This document shows, piece by piece, positions 24,690-36,740 of a stretch of DNA of 64,000 nt; the stretch's first letter is position 1; each line of letters starts with the position of its first letter. The notes under the pieces were generated by a model. It saw only the letters and a list, made by a program, of their open reading frames with translations, was not told the DNA's origin and ran no database searches. The stretch is from Vicugna vicugna (lineage: Eukaryota). A program made the translations under genes and the position numbers. The stretch spans positions 64,001-128,000 of the forward strand of contig MU058337.1 of NCBI GenBank assembly GCA_013265495.1. Reading direction: 5' to 3'.

Positions 24690-25310
24690 ACCAGCTCATC
24701 AGCATTTCCTGTCAGCTCGATTCTAAAAATACGGCCCAAAATTGACTGTTTTTCACCACATCCTTGTTCCATTTTGGTCCAAGCCATCACAATCTCTTGC
24801 TGAGTTTACCAATAGAGCCTCCCAACCAGTTTCCCTGCTTTTGCCCTCAAAACCCTTCAGCCAGTTCAGAACGTAGCAACCAGGCTGATTCTGTTAACTC
24901 GTAAGTGGCACCAGGGCTCTCTTCTGCTCAAACCCACCAGTGGCTTCAGCAGTCACTGGGCACAACAGCCAGGGTCCTTTCCATGGCCCTCCCAGCCCCC
25001 ACGTGGCCTGGCTGCTCTGCCTCCACTCCCCTCATTCACTCAACTGTTCCCACTGTGCTGGTCCCTCCAGCAGTTGGGATGCCCCCCCCTCAGGCTTTGG
25101 GCTCACCTGAAACGCCCCTTCCCTGATGCACCTTCGGGCGGTGATCGAGGACTCCTCAGCGTTTATTATCGTCCACCGTGCTACTAATTTAACCTTGTCT
25201 TACTATTTTCAGTCACCCACGCAAGACATTTGAGCATCATAGGGGTAATGATTTTGTCTGTCCCATACACAGCTGTCTGGCTCATAACAGCGACTCAGTA
25301 AACACCTGAT
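24690..25310 (+). mobile_element. L2 3' region (continues from about 24060-24175)
   Basis: ggtccaagccatcacaatctcttgc...gcctcccaacc...ctgctcaaacccaccagtggctt...ctcagtaaacac. Confidence 0.65.
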
Positions 25311-27364
25311 GGATTCGGGCACCTTCCCCGTGGAATATGGCTGTTGGGTCTGTTCCTTTGCTCCAGTTCCCACTGCTGCTGCCCGAACCCAGCTCACTCT
25401 ACTAACATCGAAATCTCAACGATGGATTCTAGTTGATGTCTTTGCTTTCAGTTCTTATTCTCACCCTTCAGTGCCTCCCTACGGATATTTATCCCTGATT
25501 AATGTTTGCTAAAAACCATTTGCAGCATATGAATTTTCTTCTCAGGAATATACAGTCATTCCCATTGCTGCTTCAAGACCAGACCTTGAAGTATTCTCAC
25601 CAAACTTCTCTGTTTAAAACCACTTTAGCAGCTACTGTCCTCACTTCCCACACCTTTCAGCGGACAGACCTCCACGTGCAGGGCTCTCACTGCTGTGCAC
25701 CTGCACTGCTGCCCAAAGGTAGACTTCTCTTCTTCCCTTCCTTCAAATATCTGAGCTTGAAGCAACCATCAAGATCAGAGTCTCTAGATAATATAGCCTC
25801 TAAGAGACTTTGCCTATCTGCTCCAGATCCACCAGACTTTACTGTTACTCATTAATAGTTTTCTATTTTATTGAAGTTTTTTTTCTTTCTTTCTTTCTAC
25901 TTAGATTGGAGGTTCTCTGACAACAGGATTCATTCCTCTTTGATCACCCAAGTGACAAGACAGTTCCATGCCTACAGCAACTCCTTTAAAAGTATTAATT
26001 CAGATTTTATGCCTTCAATGTTTTGGTAAAATATTATAATACATAACAATATAGTATATAATAGTTTCCTCTTGTTCTCTGGGTTGATTACTTACTGTTC
26101 TTAATTTCTTTTCAGCCCTAACTCAGGGATTATTTTTTTCCTGTAGATACTTTACACAGAAGGTTTTCTAACTTTGCAAATAATTTTCTTGTTATTTCTT
26201 TACTATTAAATCAACAAAGGCAATTAAATCTGCCTGCATTTTAATTGAGGTTTGCTCCAACGGCTCCTTCTGGGTAGGCTTGGAAAAGTTGCTTCACTCC
26301 TTTCCTCAGCACCACTGGGAGATGCTGGGATGGGCAGTGGGTGCAGAGAATCTGACAGACCTCAGTTCCCTGCCCCGCGATGTGCTTAAAGCTTCGCAGA
26401 GGAGACAGACACTAAATGAAGAGCTGTAAGTGAGGTGATAAAAAAAATGGGCGGTGAAAGTGCTCTGGGACAGCCTGCTAGAGGATGTGACACCTCGGCT
26501 GCATCTCCGTTCCTTCACATGTGAAGTAAGAGTTTGGACTAGAGAGTTTCCACCAATCATTCCACTTTAAGGAAAAAAAAAAACTCAGACCTCCGAGTGC
26601 CCTAGTTGGACTCGCAAGCCCACACAAAGCCAGAAGAAGCGCCATTTCAGTCCTCTTGTCATTGCTGTTGTTGTGTAGAGCGCGCTGTCAGGCTTCTCAG
26701 ATACAGATCCACAATTCCCGTTTGAGAGCTTTGGGACTTGGCATGCTACTAAATTTATCATCTTTTTCCAGATGGGGCAGGTTAGAAAATAAACAGCTCA
26801 GCAACAGTCATGCCATCAAACGAGTTACCAAAAAACTTGGTTTTCAGAGACTTTGATTTTAAAATGTAATTAATGGGTTGTGGGTCTGCACTCTTGGCCT
26901 GCCTGTTTTAGATGAATTCGATCAGTAATTTTAGAGTCAATCAAGATAAATTAATTTATATTTGCTTCTTTGAAGCCTTTTACATTTACACCTACAGCTG
27001 GAAAGTTTCTCTCACACTAGAACTCTCGAAGGTAGATTCTAAAAACAAAAAGATTCATACACAAGAATACAAAAACTGAGGAACTTTATAGTCTTGTACA
27101 GGCAATTGAAATTTGGATTAAGTATTCTTAATACACTTTGAAACTACAACACAGACAACTTAAAGGGATAAGCCAATCAGCTCTTGTATCCTGAGTTTGG
27201 AGGGGAAGTGACTTCACTGCTATATCTATCCATGTATGAGATAATAATAAATTTTGCAACACAATCTCATCACCAAAGGAAATAATTTCACTGGAAAAAC
27301 ATTTCATCAACAATTTTTATGAACAATTTGCAAGGAAACCACTTGATTTTTATGGAGGTAATTC

Positions 27365-27410
<46 letters not shown>
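27365..27410. repeat. Compound (TA)7(CA)16 microsatellite
   Basis: Read directly; about 225 bp into intron 2 from the exon 2 donor. Confidence 0.95.
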
Positions 27411-27412
<2 letters not shown>

Positions 27413-27636
27413 AATTTTATCAATATTTTGCATTTTTTAAATCTTTACTGGGAGACTTGGGAATTAAACTAAGTTCCTTGTAAAGAGCATTTTGTTCTTG
27501 AATATTTCAGACAGTTAAAAGAAAACCTCTAATATTTAAAAGAAGTTCTATCTCCTACTTCCCCCCCACTCCCCCCAAAAAACCAACCAAAGATATGAAA
27601 CAGCACATCAGAAAACGTTTTCATTGCAGTCGTTAC

Positions 27637-27900
27637 CTTCTTTGTCATCATGGTGGATAACTGCATCCTGCATCATGTCAGCAAGATTGAAACGAACTTT
27701 CTGACTCCGGCCATGCTTCAGCTTTCTCAGGAGCCCCTCCTGCTTCTGGAACGCCTTCTCTCTTTCATAGTAGGCTTTGACTTGCTCACAGCGCATGCGC
27801 TTCACCAGCCGCTGCCGCTGGCCCAGGGGGAGGGACTCCAGCAAGCACTGGTCAATTTCCATTTCATGCGATCGAAAAACGTTACATAGCTGAAAGCAAC
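27637..27900 (-). CDS. MYO16: MYO16 coding exon 2 (264 nt): (C)[87 protein letters not shown]
   Basis: Lies within ORF 27608..27913. Acceptor tgtttctttcag|G at 27901, donor GAAG|gtaacg at 27636. The peptide is recognisable as the MYO16 N-terminus. It contains the second start (MEIDQ, ATG at 27862) and the KVRF PP1-binding motif (27689-27700). Confidence 0.97.
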
Positions 27901-28671
27901 CTGAAAGAAACACAGCGGGAAAGTCACCGGACCTTCTACCACAGGCCAGACAGCAGCTCTCCGAGCATCACCTTCTCACTCAAGTCCGAGACCCACTCAG
28001 TCCCCTCGGCGCTGGACACACTAACACGAGCCTTTTCCCAGGGTGCGGGGCAAGCAGGGAGAGTTGATGTGTTACTCAAGACTTCATAGTAATAAGACAG
28101 ATGATGTAATTAGACACGGATGTGTAGTTTTTGCTCAACGTCATTACTAGCAATGCATCCTTTCCTGTTTCTTTAAATCTGTACCAGATTTCAGATCTAA
28201 ATGTTTTACCATGGCATAAGTTTCCTTGTCTAATTGAACAATGCTAACTAAACTCTACATGTTAAACTTTGGCAGAAGGCCATTCAGTTGTTGAGAACGC
28301 TAATAAAACTGGTTTTGCGGGTCTTGATGACTCTGCTGATCGGATGTAACAGAACATAGGTACACTATCCATTGTTCCTACGACACAGTGATCACTTTCC
28401 ACCAAGTTTTGCTGAGCCCTTTTCCTTGTGATCAGTGACATTCATTTCTGAAAGACCTAATGATGACTAAGCATAAAGACTGCACAGAGGGCAGGCAAGT
28501 CTTCTCCTGGCAACTCGAAGCCATGGATAGAATTGTCGCTTTTGTAGTCGTTGTCTTATTAGCAGAGAGATTAGCAAATTGAGTTCTCTGTCTTGGACCT
28601 GAAAAGCATCCCTGCCTATTTCCCATCAACACCACCCAAAACACCTGTAAGGGAACTGTACAAACTTGTAC

Positions 28672-29275
28672 TGAAACCAAACAGATCCCTGCGGGGCCTC
28701 ACTGGGTACAAAAGCCTTTCACTGTCCCCAGTTTCTTGCTTGTAGGAGAAAGGTTTCAGCCTCCCCCGCTTTCCCAGAGTTCCAAAGGGAAATTCAGTTA
28801 CTAATTGGTGGAGGGTGGAAATGTAGAAACAAAGGGAAGGCAGTCAAGAAACTTCAGAGCAGGGGTGGGGCAGAGTCCTGCTTCCTCCTGCAGGGATTCA
28901 CCTAACAATCTGGTATGTATCTCTGAGCTCTTCTTCAGGAACTAAGGCCCCCACCCAGGTGGAGGATGGTACCTTCAGGCTGAGAACAGGCAGGTGGACC
29001 CCAGACAGGCAGGAACAAAAAGGCTGATGACTGAGATTCCTGGAACACCACCCAGGTACCTCCCCACCAACCAGTCAGAGAAAAGTCACACACCCTGCAG
29101 ACCTCTCCACAAATTTTGCTTACAAAAACCCTTCCCCGAAATCCACTGGTCTTTTGAGTTCAAGCTACCTGTTCTCCTTACGTGCCCGAAGCAATAAACC
29201 TTCCTTGGCTCCAGACTCTGACTTTTCCGTTTAGCCTCAATGTGTGTTCAGCACATGAACTTGGGTTTGACAACA
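28672..29275 (+). mobile_element. ERV1-type solo LTR (copy A of a related set)
   Basis: TGAAACCAA...CAACA termini and AATAAA near 29193. Shares blocks (aatgtagaaacaaagg, accaaccagtcaga, ctgttctcc) with 35881-36488 and 59612-60258. Confidence 0.85.
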
Positions 29276-30404
29276 GTTTACTTACCACCACAGTAAAATT
29301 TTACTATTGGCAGAAAATTAATGTTAAAGAGCTGAAAATTCTAGAATCTGGCTCAGAAACACAGGTGCAGATAACCGTCTATATGTCCTTCTATTAAGAA
29401 ATTCATAATGTAAGTCTCAGGCAAATGAAAGTAACTCTGCATACACAAAAATGTGGCTGCACACAGGTGGCCTGCACACACCTCTGGAAAGATCCGACAA
29501 CAAGGGTCTACTCCATCTTTTGGAAAGACACTCTATTCCTTTGACAGGACAGCAAATTGTCACAGTGCTATTTTCATTTCTGTTTCCCTGGACACTTGGC
29601 AAAGCTTTATTCTTACAAACACCAGGCACAACCATTCCTGTTGTGCATATAAAGAAAAGGAAGTTGAGAGAGGCTGTGACTTGTCCAAGGCCAAAGAGAT
29701 GATTATGTAACAGAGTTGTAAATGTTCCATAAAGGCTCAAGAAAAAAATAATAAAAGACAATGCCTCTTGAAAGCCAGATATTACGTGTGTGTGTGTGTG
29801 TGTGGTGTGTGTCTGTCTGTCTGTCTGTGTATGAGGGAGAGAAGCAGGGTCAGGGAACTGTGTTTTAGTTGTTTGCTAGCATTTGACAAAAGCTAAACAT
29901 TTTAGAATCATATGTTTTCATAAAACTCTTCATAAGTCTATGTAAGAGGGGTGTTAGACGTATCAAACAGCTTCACATAAAATGTTCCCTTTCCAACAAC
30001 CCGCGCACAAAAGGATACCAGGGGCTCTGAAATTATGACAAATTGCTCTGGAGTCTGTCTGTGTGATAAAAACCGTGATCACTGCCCCAGCAGTTTGTCT
30101 GTGAGGGCTCATTAATAATGGGCAGGAAACAGCCTCTGCTTTCGAATTTGTTTGGAAAACATCACCAGGTCGCATTTACTAACTTTGATGCTCAGGACAC
30201 TGTGACTTCCGTGACTCTCCCCTGTCCGCCAGTGGGCGCCCAGGGAATCATTGGAGCCACCACAAACCCTGAAGACGTAACACAAGTGACACTGCAGAGC
30301 AGCCTGTGCTGATCAGCACCAGTCGAGGAGGGAGGGTGATCCAGTGAACACAACAGTCCCCTGGCTTTTCCCTCTTAAGAAAGATCTCATGGTGAAATTT
30401 TCAC

Positions 30405-31030
30405 TTTTTTTGTTGTTGTTTTGTTTTTTCACTTGTATTCTTTTTATTGAAGTATGTCAGTTTACAATGTTGTGTCAATTTCTGGTATCCAGCATCATGT
30501 TTCAGTCATACATATATATACACGTATATGCCTTTTCATATTCTTTTTCATTATAGGTTACTACGAGATATTGAATATAGTTCCCAGTGCTATACAGAAG
30601 AAATTTGTTTTTTATCTACTTTATATACAGTAGTTAGTAGTTGCACATCTCAAACTCTCCATTTATCCCTTCCCCCCTTCCCCCCCACCCCCAGTAAGGT
30701 CTGTTTACTATGTCTGTGAGTCTATTTCTGTTTTGTAGATAAGTTCATTAGTGTCTTCTTTTTACTTTTCTTTCCCTTTTTTTTTTCAGATTCCACTCAA
30801 GTAATATCATATGATATTTTTTTCTTTCTCTTTCTGATGATAATCTCCAGATTCATCCATGCTGCTGCAAGTGGCATTATTTTATTCTTTTTTATGGCTG
30901 AGTAGTATTCCACTGTATAATTATACCACAGCTTCTTTATCCAGTCATCTGTTGATGGACATTTTGGTTGCTTCCATGTCTTGGCCATTGTACATAGTGC
31001 TGCTGTGAACATTGGGTGCAGGTGTCTTGG
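30405..31030 (-). mobile_element. Lineage-specific (artiodactyl/camelid) L1 3' end
   Basis: T-rich tail, then ttgaagta...cagtttacaatgttgtgtcaatttctgg...atatagttcccagtgctatacag...ggctgagtagtattccac...gtgctgctgtgaacattggg. ORF 30797..31057 encodes L1 ORF2 C-terminal remnants (MFTAALCTMAKTWKQPKCPS). Confidence 0.9.
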
Positions 31031-31439
31031 AATTACCATGTGTCTGCCTATTATCACAGTGCAAATACTCCTGGCACAGCCAAGTAAACCCTACCATGAG
31101 ACACCACTAAACTCGGGAATGGGAAGAGGTTCTGACCCGAGTCAGTGCAGCACAGCTTCAGAATCCCATTGTGTCTACCCAACCCGGGGAATCAAGGTTT
31201 TACATGTATCAGAAAAACACAAACACTCAAGAAAAGATACTCCATCAAGACTTCCAAGGCATGACTGAAGCAGACAGCAGCAAGAATCACCCACTTTTCA
31301 AGAGAAAATAACCATATATATGTAATAGCCTTTGCTCAGGACGTTTGATTTTTATCTAGTTGTAGTCTGGGTTTCAATAAGAAGTAGGTAAGTTCCCCTG
31401 CGCTTTAAATGTCTTAATCATCAAAATCATTCACTTGTA

Positions 31440-31680
31440 GATGGCACTGTTAAACGGTATAAAAACTAGAGAAATCCCAACTGGATTCCAATCTTAGATA
31501 TAACATTTTTCTGTTTATGATCTGGAGCAAAGTAGTCAACAGTTTTAAGATTTTCCTATTAGTGTATAAAAGGAGTTAATATGTTGAATTTTCTGGAATT
31601 TTTTAAAAATAGGAGAGAGCTTGTAAAAAATAACGTCTGGCACAAAGTAAGTGCTCAATGAATAGTTAACTGTTCTTACG
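31440..31680 (+). mobile_element. MIR fragment
   Basis: ggattccaatcttag...gtctggcacaaagtaagtgctcaatgaatagttaac is a MIR 3' end. Confidence 0.6.
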
Positions 31681-33039
31681 AAGAATATATGATGAGGCTC
31701 TGTGTGTCTCAACTAGTGAGCACACTGCATGTGAAAAGAGAACCAGAGGGAGGGACGTGCACCATCCATCCCGAGAGCTCCCAAATCACCTCGCCTTTTT
31801 ACCTTCTCTCTGGCTCGCCACCGCACCAGCGGTGCTCCGGACACAGGGTCTTTGCTGTGCTTCTGTCCCCTCTATCTGCAATGTTCTCCCTCTGACAGCT
31901 GAAGGCTGCGTAGTTAGCACCCTCCATCCCCCAGGTCTGCACTCAACACCCCCTTCTTCATGAGGCTCCCACAGGCCTCTTCACCTGTATCTGCAAATGT
32001 CCCCAAATAACGCTTCCAATTCCTACTCCCTGCTTTTTCCCCCTTAGTGTCCATCAGCCTTACTTCTACAATCACAGTGATTATACTTACAATACATATT
32101 ATACTCATATCTATACTAATGCTGTTGACTAAGAAACTTACACGTTTTCTTGTTTATCTGTAAGCCCCACAAAGTCAGGAACTTGGGGTGTTTTATCTGC
32201 TGCTTATTCTCAGCCTCTGGAATAGTTGATATTCAACATTTTTGCTGTTGTTGAACGAAATGATTTAATGGACCATTAGATTGCTGGCAGGAGGAGCACG
32301 TGCATTACCAGGACCGGATCGAGCATTCAGCATCCAGCAGATAAATGCTTCTCACTTCTGTTCTCACCGACGTGCACACTGACACCATACTCCTCATCTA
32401 ATTGTTTTTTCTCACAAAATTATCTGGCCTGATACAGTGCAGCCAGGGTTACCATTGTATTTCCTGATTCACAGTGTTACTCTTTGGGTGGGTGGGGGAG
32501 GAGAATCCGATATCCATATGGCTGCCTTGAAATTCTAGATAAAAATGTACAGACGTCTACCACAGCCAGAGGTCCCCACTCGGCAAACGTGCACCTCCAT
32601 GTGACAAAAACTGAGAGCCAGCAAACAAAGTACATCAAGGAAAATGCCAAGGTCTATATTCAGAAATAAATGCATAGCATATGCTGAAAAATTAGTAGCC
32701 CCCTGCTTGGTTTTGGAGGGCTCTGCATAATGTGTTGACCCCAGGACTTTTTGTTGTAGCAAACCAAAAAAATAAGGGATAAAGTTAAGCAAACTAGGAA
32801 AATGAACCCCTGAAATCGTCCTGCTGTACAACCGCCAGAAATGCCTCTGTCTCCATTAGAATCAAAATCTTCATGTGGGCACGCCACCCTCAGTGTGGGA
32901 GATTTTTATGCATATCTCTCCATGACTGCTAGATTATACAGGAAAACAGTTAGTGATGGCACAGGTAATTTGATGTAAAGGATGTTTATAGAAATGGGCA
33001 CCTAGTTTTCAGGGGTACAAACCTTTTTTTCCAAGAATT

Positions 33040-34200
33040 CATGGATGATTTTCAAAATTGACTTTGTCCTAGGTCACAAAGCAAAGCAAATTGCAACAAA
33101 TACTGAAGAAGGGAAATTCAACAGCCATTTCCTGAACCCAGCTCAGAACTGGATCTCAGTCTCAGAAATGAAGCCACACCTCCCAATGTATTCAGAAACT
33201 TTTTAAGCTTTTTAAGCTGATTCTAAATAAAGCATAATTTAAGGAGGAGAACATGATAGAAATAATACATTTTTAGAACCAATCATTGATGAATGAAAGT
33301 CTATATCAAATTCATGGATGAAACTAAAATAGCTCATAGGAATTCATTTATAGTTTTAAATGTATATATTAGGAAAAAATACAGTTTTAGAATCAATGAG
33401 AAAAGTATCTGATTCATAGAAACGAACAAAGAAAGAAGCTCAAAAAAAGAAGAAAATAACAAAACGAGGGTATAAATGAATAAAAATCAAATAAGGAAAG
33501 AGCAAAGAGAAGGTAAGACATGAGAAATGGACAATAACTAGAAACATATAACTTATCAAGAGTGACCCAAGAAGAAATAGAATTTTGAATAGATTTATAA
33601 TCATTACATTAATTAAGTCGTTACAATCTAAGCACCAAAAAGAAAAACTAAACAGACAAAACAAAACATGGCCCAAATGATTCTTAGGCCTTTAAGAAAT
33701 GAATGACCTGAATTTCCCCCCAACTCTCCCAGAGAATGGAAAAGATAAGAATTGTCTCAAATCATTTTCTAAGACTATCATAAATTTGACACCAAAACTC
33801 AATGCGGGACATCACAAAAAAGGGGGTTACTGGGCAATCTTATCATAAACACACAAGGAAATAGCTTGCATGCACATTAGCAATATGAATCCAGGGTATG
33901 CAATTTGTCAGTGGAATGAAAGAATGGCTAATCTTAGAATGTCTGTGAGTGTATGTCACTGCTTTATCTTCTGTTTCACGTTTAGAGAAGGAAGGCCCTC
34001 TCTCATTGCTTCCATAATACCTGAAAATTAAGGTTATAGTCAACATGTAGAAAAGGAAAAACAAAAAGACGGCCATAAAATGTGGGTAGGAGGAAGAAAA
34101 AAATCACTTATTTCTACCAACATTGTTATCTACATAGAAATATCAACACATTCTATAACTCATCCTTTAGAACTAACGGTTCAGAATTATGGTCAACAAG
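33040..34200 (+). mobile_element. Highly diverged L1 ORF2 fragments
   Basis: A-rich, with remnants such as caaaattgac...aggtcacaaagcaa, gacccaagaagaaataga...tgaataga, ccaaaactc, atccagggtatgcaa, ctacatagaaa. Confidence 0.65.
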
Positions 34201-34214
34201 AGTCAGCGCACACA

Positions 34215-34663
34215 CAGAAGGCTGCGTTGTTCCTGGTGCCCCGCCCAGATCCCCCTCACTGGCTGGTGCACCAGCGTCCTCAGCTGCTCTGAGTATTGGC
34301 TGCTAATTACTCAGAGTTGTTCCCTTCTCTGGAGAATCCCCTGTCAGCCTGTCTCCCAGGGAGTGGAAGACTCTACCCATACACTGTCAGCCACGGTCAC
34401 TGAATGCCTTACACAGAGGTGCTAAAACATGCCCCCTGGTTCAAAGGAGACAACTGTATGGTGACATTTACACCCTGAAACCAAGTGATTTGGGATGAAT
34501 ATAGATTTTACACAAGATTACATTGTTTTTCTGCTCTTTTCAGATCTATGCCCTGCTTCCCTCACTCCTGACAGATTTGCCCTAATGAGTGTTCCCTCAA
34601 TATATTGTGATGTGCTCCTGAATACACCCTCAGACTCTGCTTCTAGAAGACACAATCTAAGAC
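34215..34663 (+). mobile_element. ERVL LTR (LTR16-like)
   Basis: ggtgccccgcccagatcccc at the start; ccctgcttccctcactcc...ctcagactctgcttctagaagacacaatctaagaca at the end. Confidence 0.75.
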
Positions 34664-34824
34664 ATGAAAGACTTCATGTATTTACTTTAATTTGCTATTA
34701 ATTTTTGTGGTTTACTCCAAAGGTAGAATTTTTTATAGATGCAAAACCTATACATGTTGAACATAGTTAATGATGTTGAGTTACAAAAATAGAAATGATA
34801 ACAGCACACGAAATAATAAAACAC

Positions 34825-36740
34825 ACACAGAAAAGAAGGAAGTTGGAGCCGTACCTTCTACTATATACAAAAATTAACTGTAAATGGATTAAATACTTAA
34901 ACTATTTAATTATATTTAATTTAAACTATAGAAGACCTGAAACTATTAAACAAATAGAAGAAAATATAGAAGCTTCAAGACAGTGGACTTGGCAATAATT
35001 TCTTGGATGTGACACCAAAAGCAGAGGCAACAGAGGCAAAAACAGGTAAACTGGACAAAGGATACAATCAACAGAGTGAAAAGGCAACGTACAGAAAGGG
35101 ACAAAATACTCGTAAATCATGTATCTGATAAGGGGCTAATATCCAGAATATATAAAGAACAAATAACTCTTACAAATCAACAACAAAAAAATCAAATAAC
35201 CAAATTAAGCAATGGACAAATGACTTGAATAAACATTTCTTCCAAGTAATATACAGGTGGCCAACAAGTCAATGAAAAGATGCTCCAAATCACTAATCAT
35301 CAGAGAAATGCAAGTCAGAACCACAATGAGATGTCTAGCACCTTACGTCCATTAGAGCGGCTATTACCAAAACAAAACAAAACCAGAAAATAAAAACTGT
35401 TGGCAAGAACTTGAAAGAAATTGGAAATTTGAAATCTTGGGCATGGTTAGTGGGATTGTAAAATGGTACAACTGCTATGGAAAACAGTATTGAGTTTCCT
35501 CAAAAAATTAAAGATAGAACTAGCATATGATCTAGCAACCCCACTCTGGGTATAAAACCAAAGAATTGAAAGCAGGATCTCAACAGACATTTGCTCACCT
35601 GTATTTATTACAGCATAGTTCACCATAACCGAGAGGTGGAAGCAGCCTAAATGTCCATGGACAAATGAATAGATAAACAAAATGTCTATATATGGACTAT
35701 ATATAAGTACTTTCCCTGTTATGGAATATTATTCAGCCTTTAAAAAAAGGAAATCCTGTCACATGCTATAAAATGGATCAACCTTGGAGACATTATGCTA
35801 AATGCAATAAGCCAGTCCCCAAAAGATAAATACTATATGATTTCACTTATATGAGTTGTCTAATTCATATAAACAGAAAGTGAAACCAAGCAGGACCCTG
35901 TGGGGTCTTCCAGGGAACAGACCTGGTGTCCCTCACCTCTTGTTTACAGAGAGTTTGAGCCTCCTAGGCCTCCTCTGAGTTCAAAAGAGCAAATAATCAG
36001 AGAAGTGAGAAAATGTAGAAACAAAGGAAAAAGTTAAGCAAGACAAAATAATGCTCACCTCCTCCAGGGATAGAGATCATATCCTGGGCTATATCCTTGA
36101 GTTGTTTTTCAGATACTAAAACCTCTACTGGGTGGAAGGAGTTATGCTGACCACCAGCACACAGACCCCAGACTGACTGGAACCAGAAGGTGAATGATAT
36201 TGACTAACTCCCCAAATACCACCTGATTACCTCACCACCAACGATCAGAAGAATGTCCACCAGCTGATCAAGTACCCTGCAACCCAATCCTTTCCCTCAT
36301 CCTGCCTTTAAAAACCCTTCTCTGAAAGTCGTTGGGGAGTTCAGGTCTTCTGAGCACGAGCTGCCTGTTCTCCATGCTTGGTGCCCGGCAATAAACACTG
36401 TGCTTTCCTTCACTGCAACCCAGTGCCAGTAGATTGGCTTTATGGCTCATTGGGTGAGAAACCCAAATTTGGTTCTGGTTCCACAACAAAAATAGAACAA
36501 TGGAAAAAAAGATAGAATGATGGTTACCAGGGGCTAGGGGAAGAGGGAAAGAGGGAGTTGTTAGTTAATGAGTATAGAGAATCAGATTTTAAAGATGAAA
36601 ACATTTTGGAGATTTGTGGTGTAGGAATGTGAATATGCTTCATACTACTGAACTGGACACTTTAAAATGCTTAAGGTGGTAAATTCTATTTTAGATGTAT
36701 TTTTTTAAACTATAATAAAATAAGTGGGGGAAAAAAGAGA
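34825..36740 (+). mobile_element. L1MA/L1MB ORF2 end and 3' UTR, interrupted by the LTR at 35881-36488
   Basis: tatacaaaaattaactgtaaatggattaaatacttaaa...atctgataaggggctaatatccagaatatataaagaac...gaaatgcaa...accacaatgagat...aaacagaaag | LTR | tagaa...tggttaccaggggct. Confidence 0.9.
35881..36488 (+). mobile_element. ERV1-type solo LTR (copy B), nested in L1
   Basis: TGAAACCAAG...CACAACA termini and caataaac near 36390. L1 text resumes right after it. Approximate TSD aaag/aaaa. Confidence 0.88.

Noticed and set aside
27608..27913. ORF taken as a standalone 101-aa protein
   Set aside because: Its ends (MFLSG..., ...GNDCNENVF) are intronic read-through beyond the splice sites. Only 27637-27900 is exon.
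30385..31045. Inverted words catggt / accatg on either side of the minus-strand L1
   Set aside because: Only about 6-10 bp. Compatible with a short palindromic pre-insertion site or chance, and too short to be terminal inverted repeats.
30797..31057. ORF with MFTAALCTMAKTWKQPKCPS
   Set aside because: Remnant of the L1 ORF2 C-terminus in a 5'-truncated element; not a host gene.
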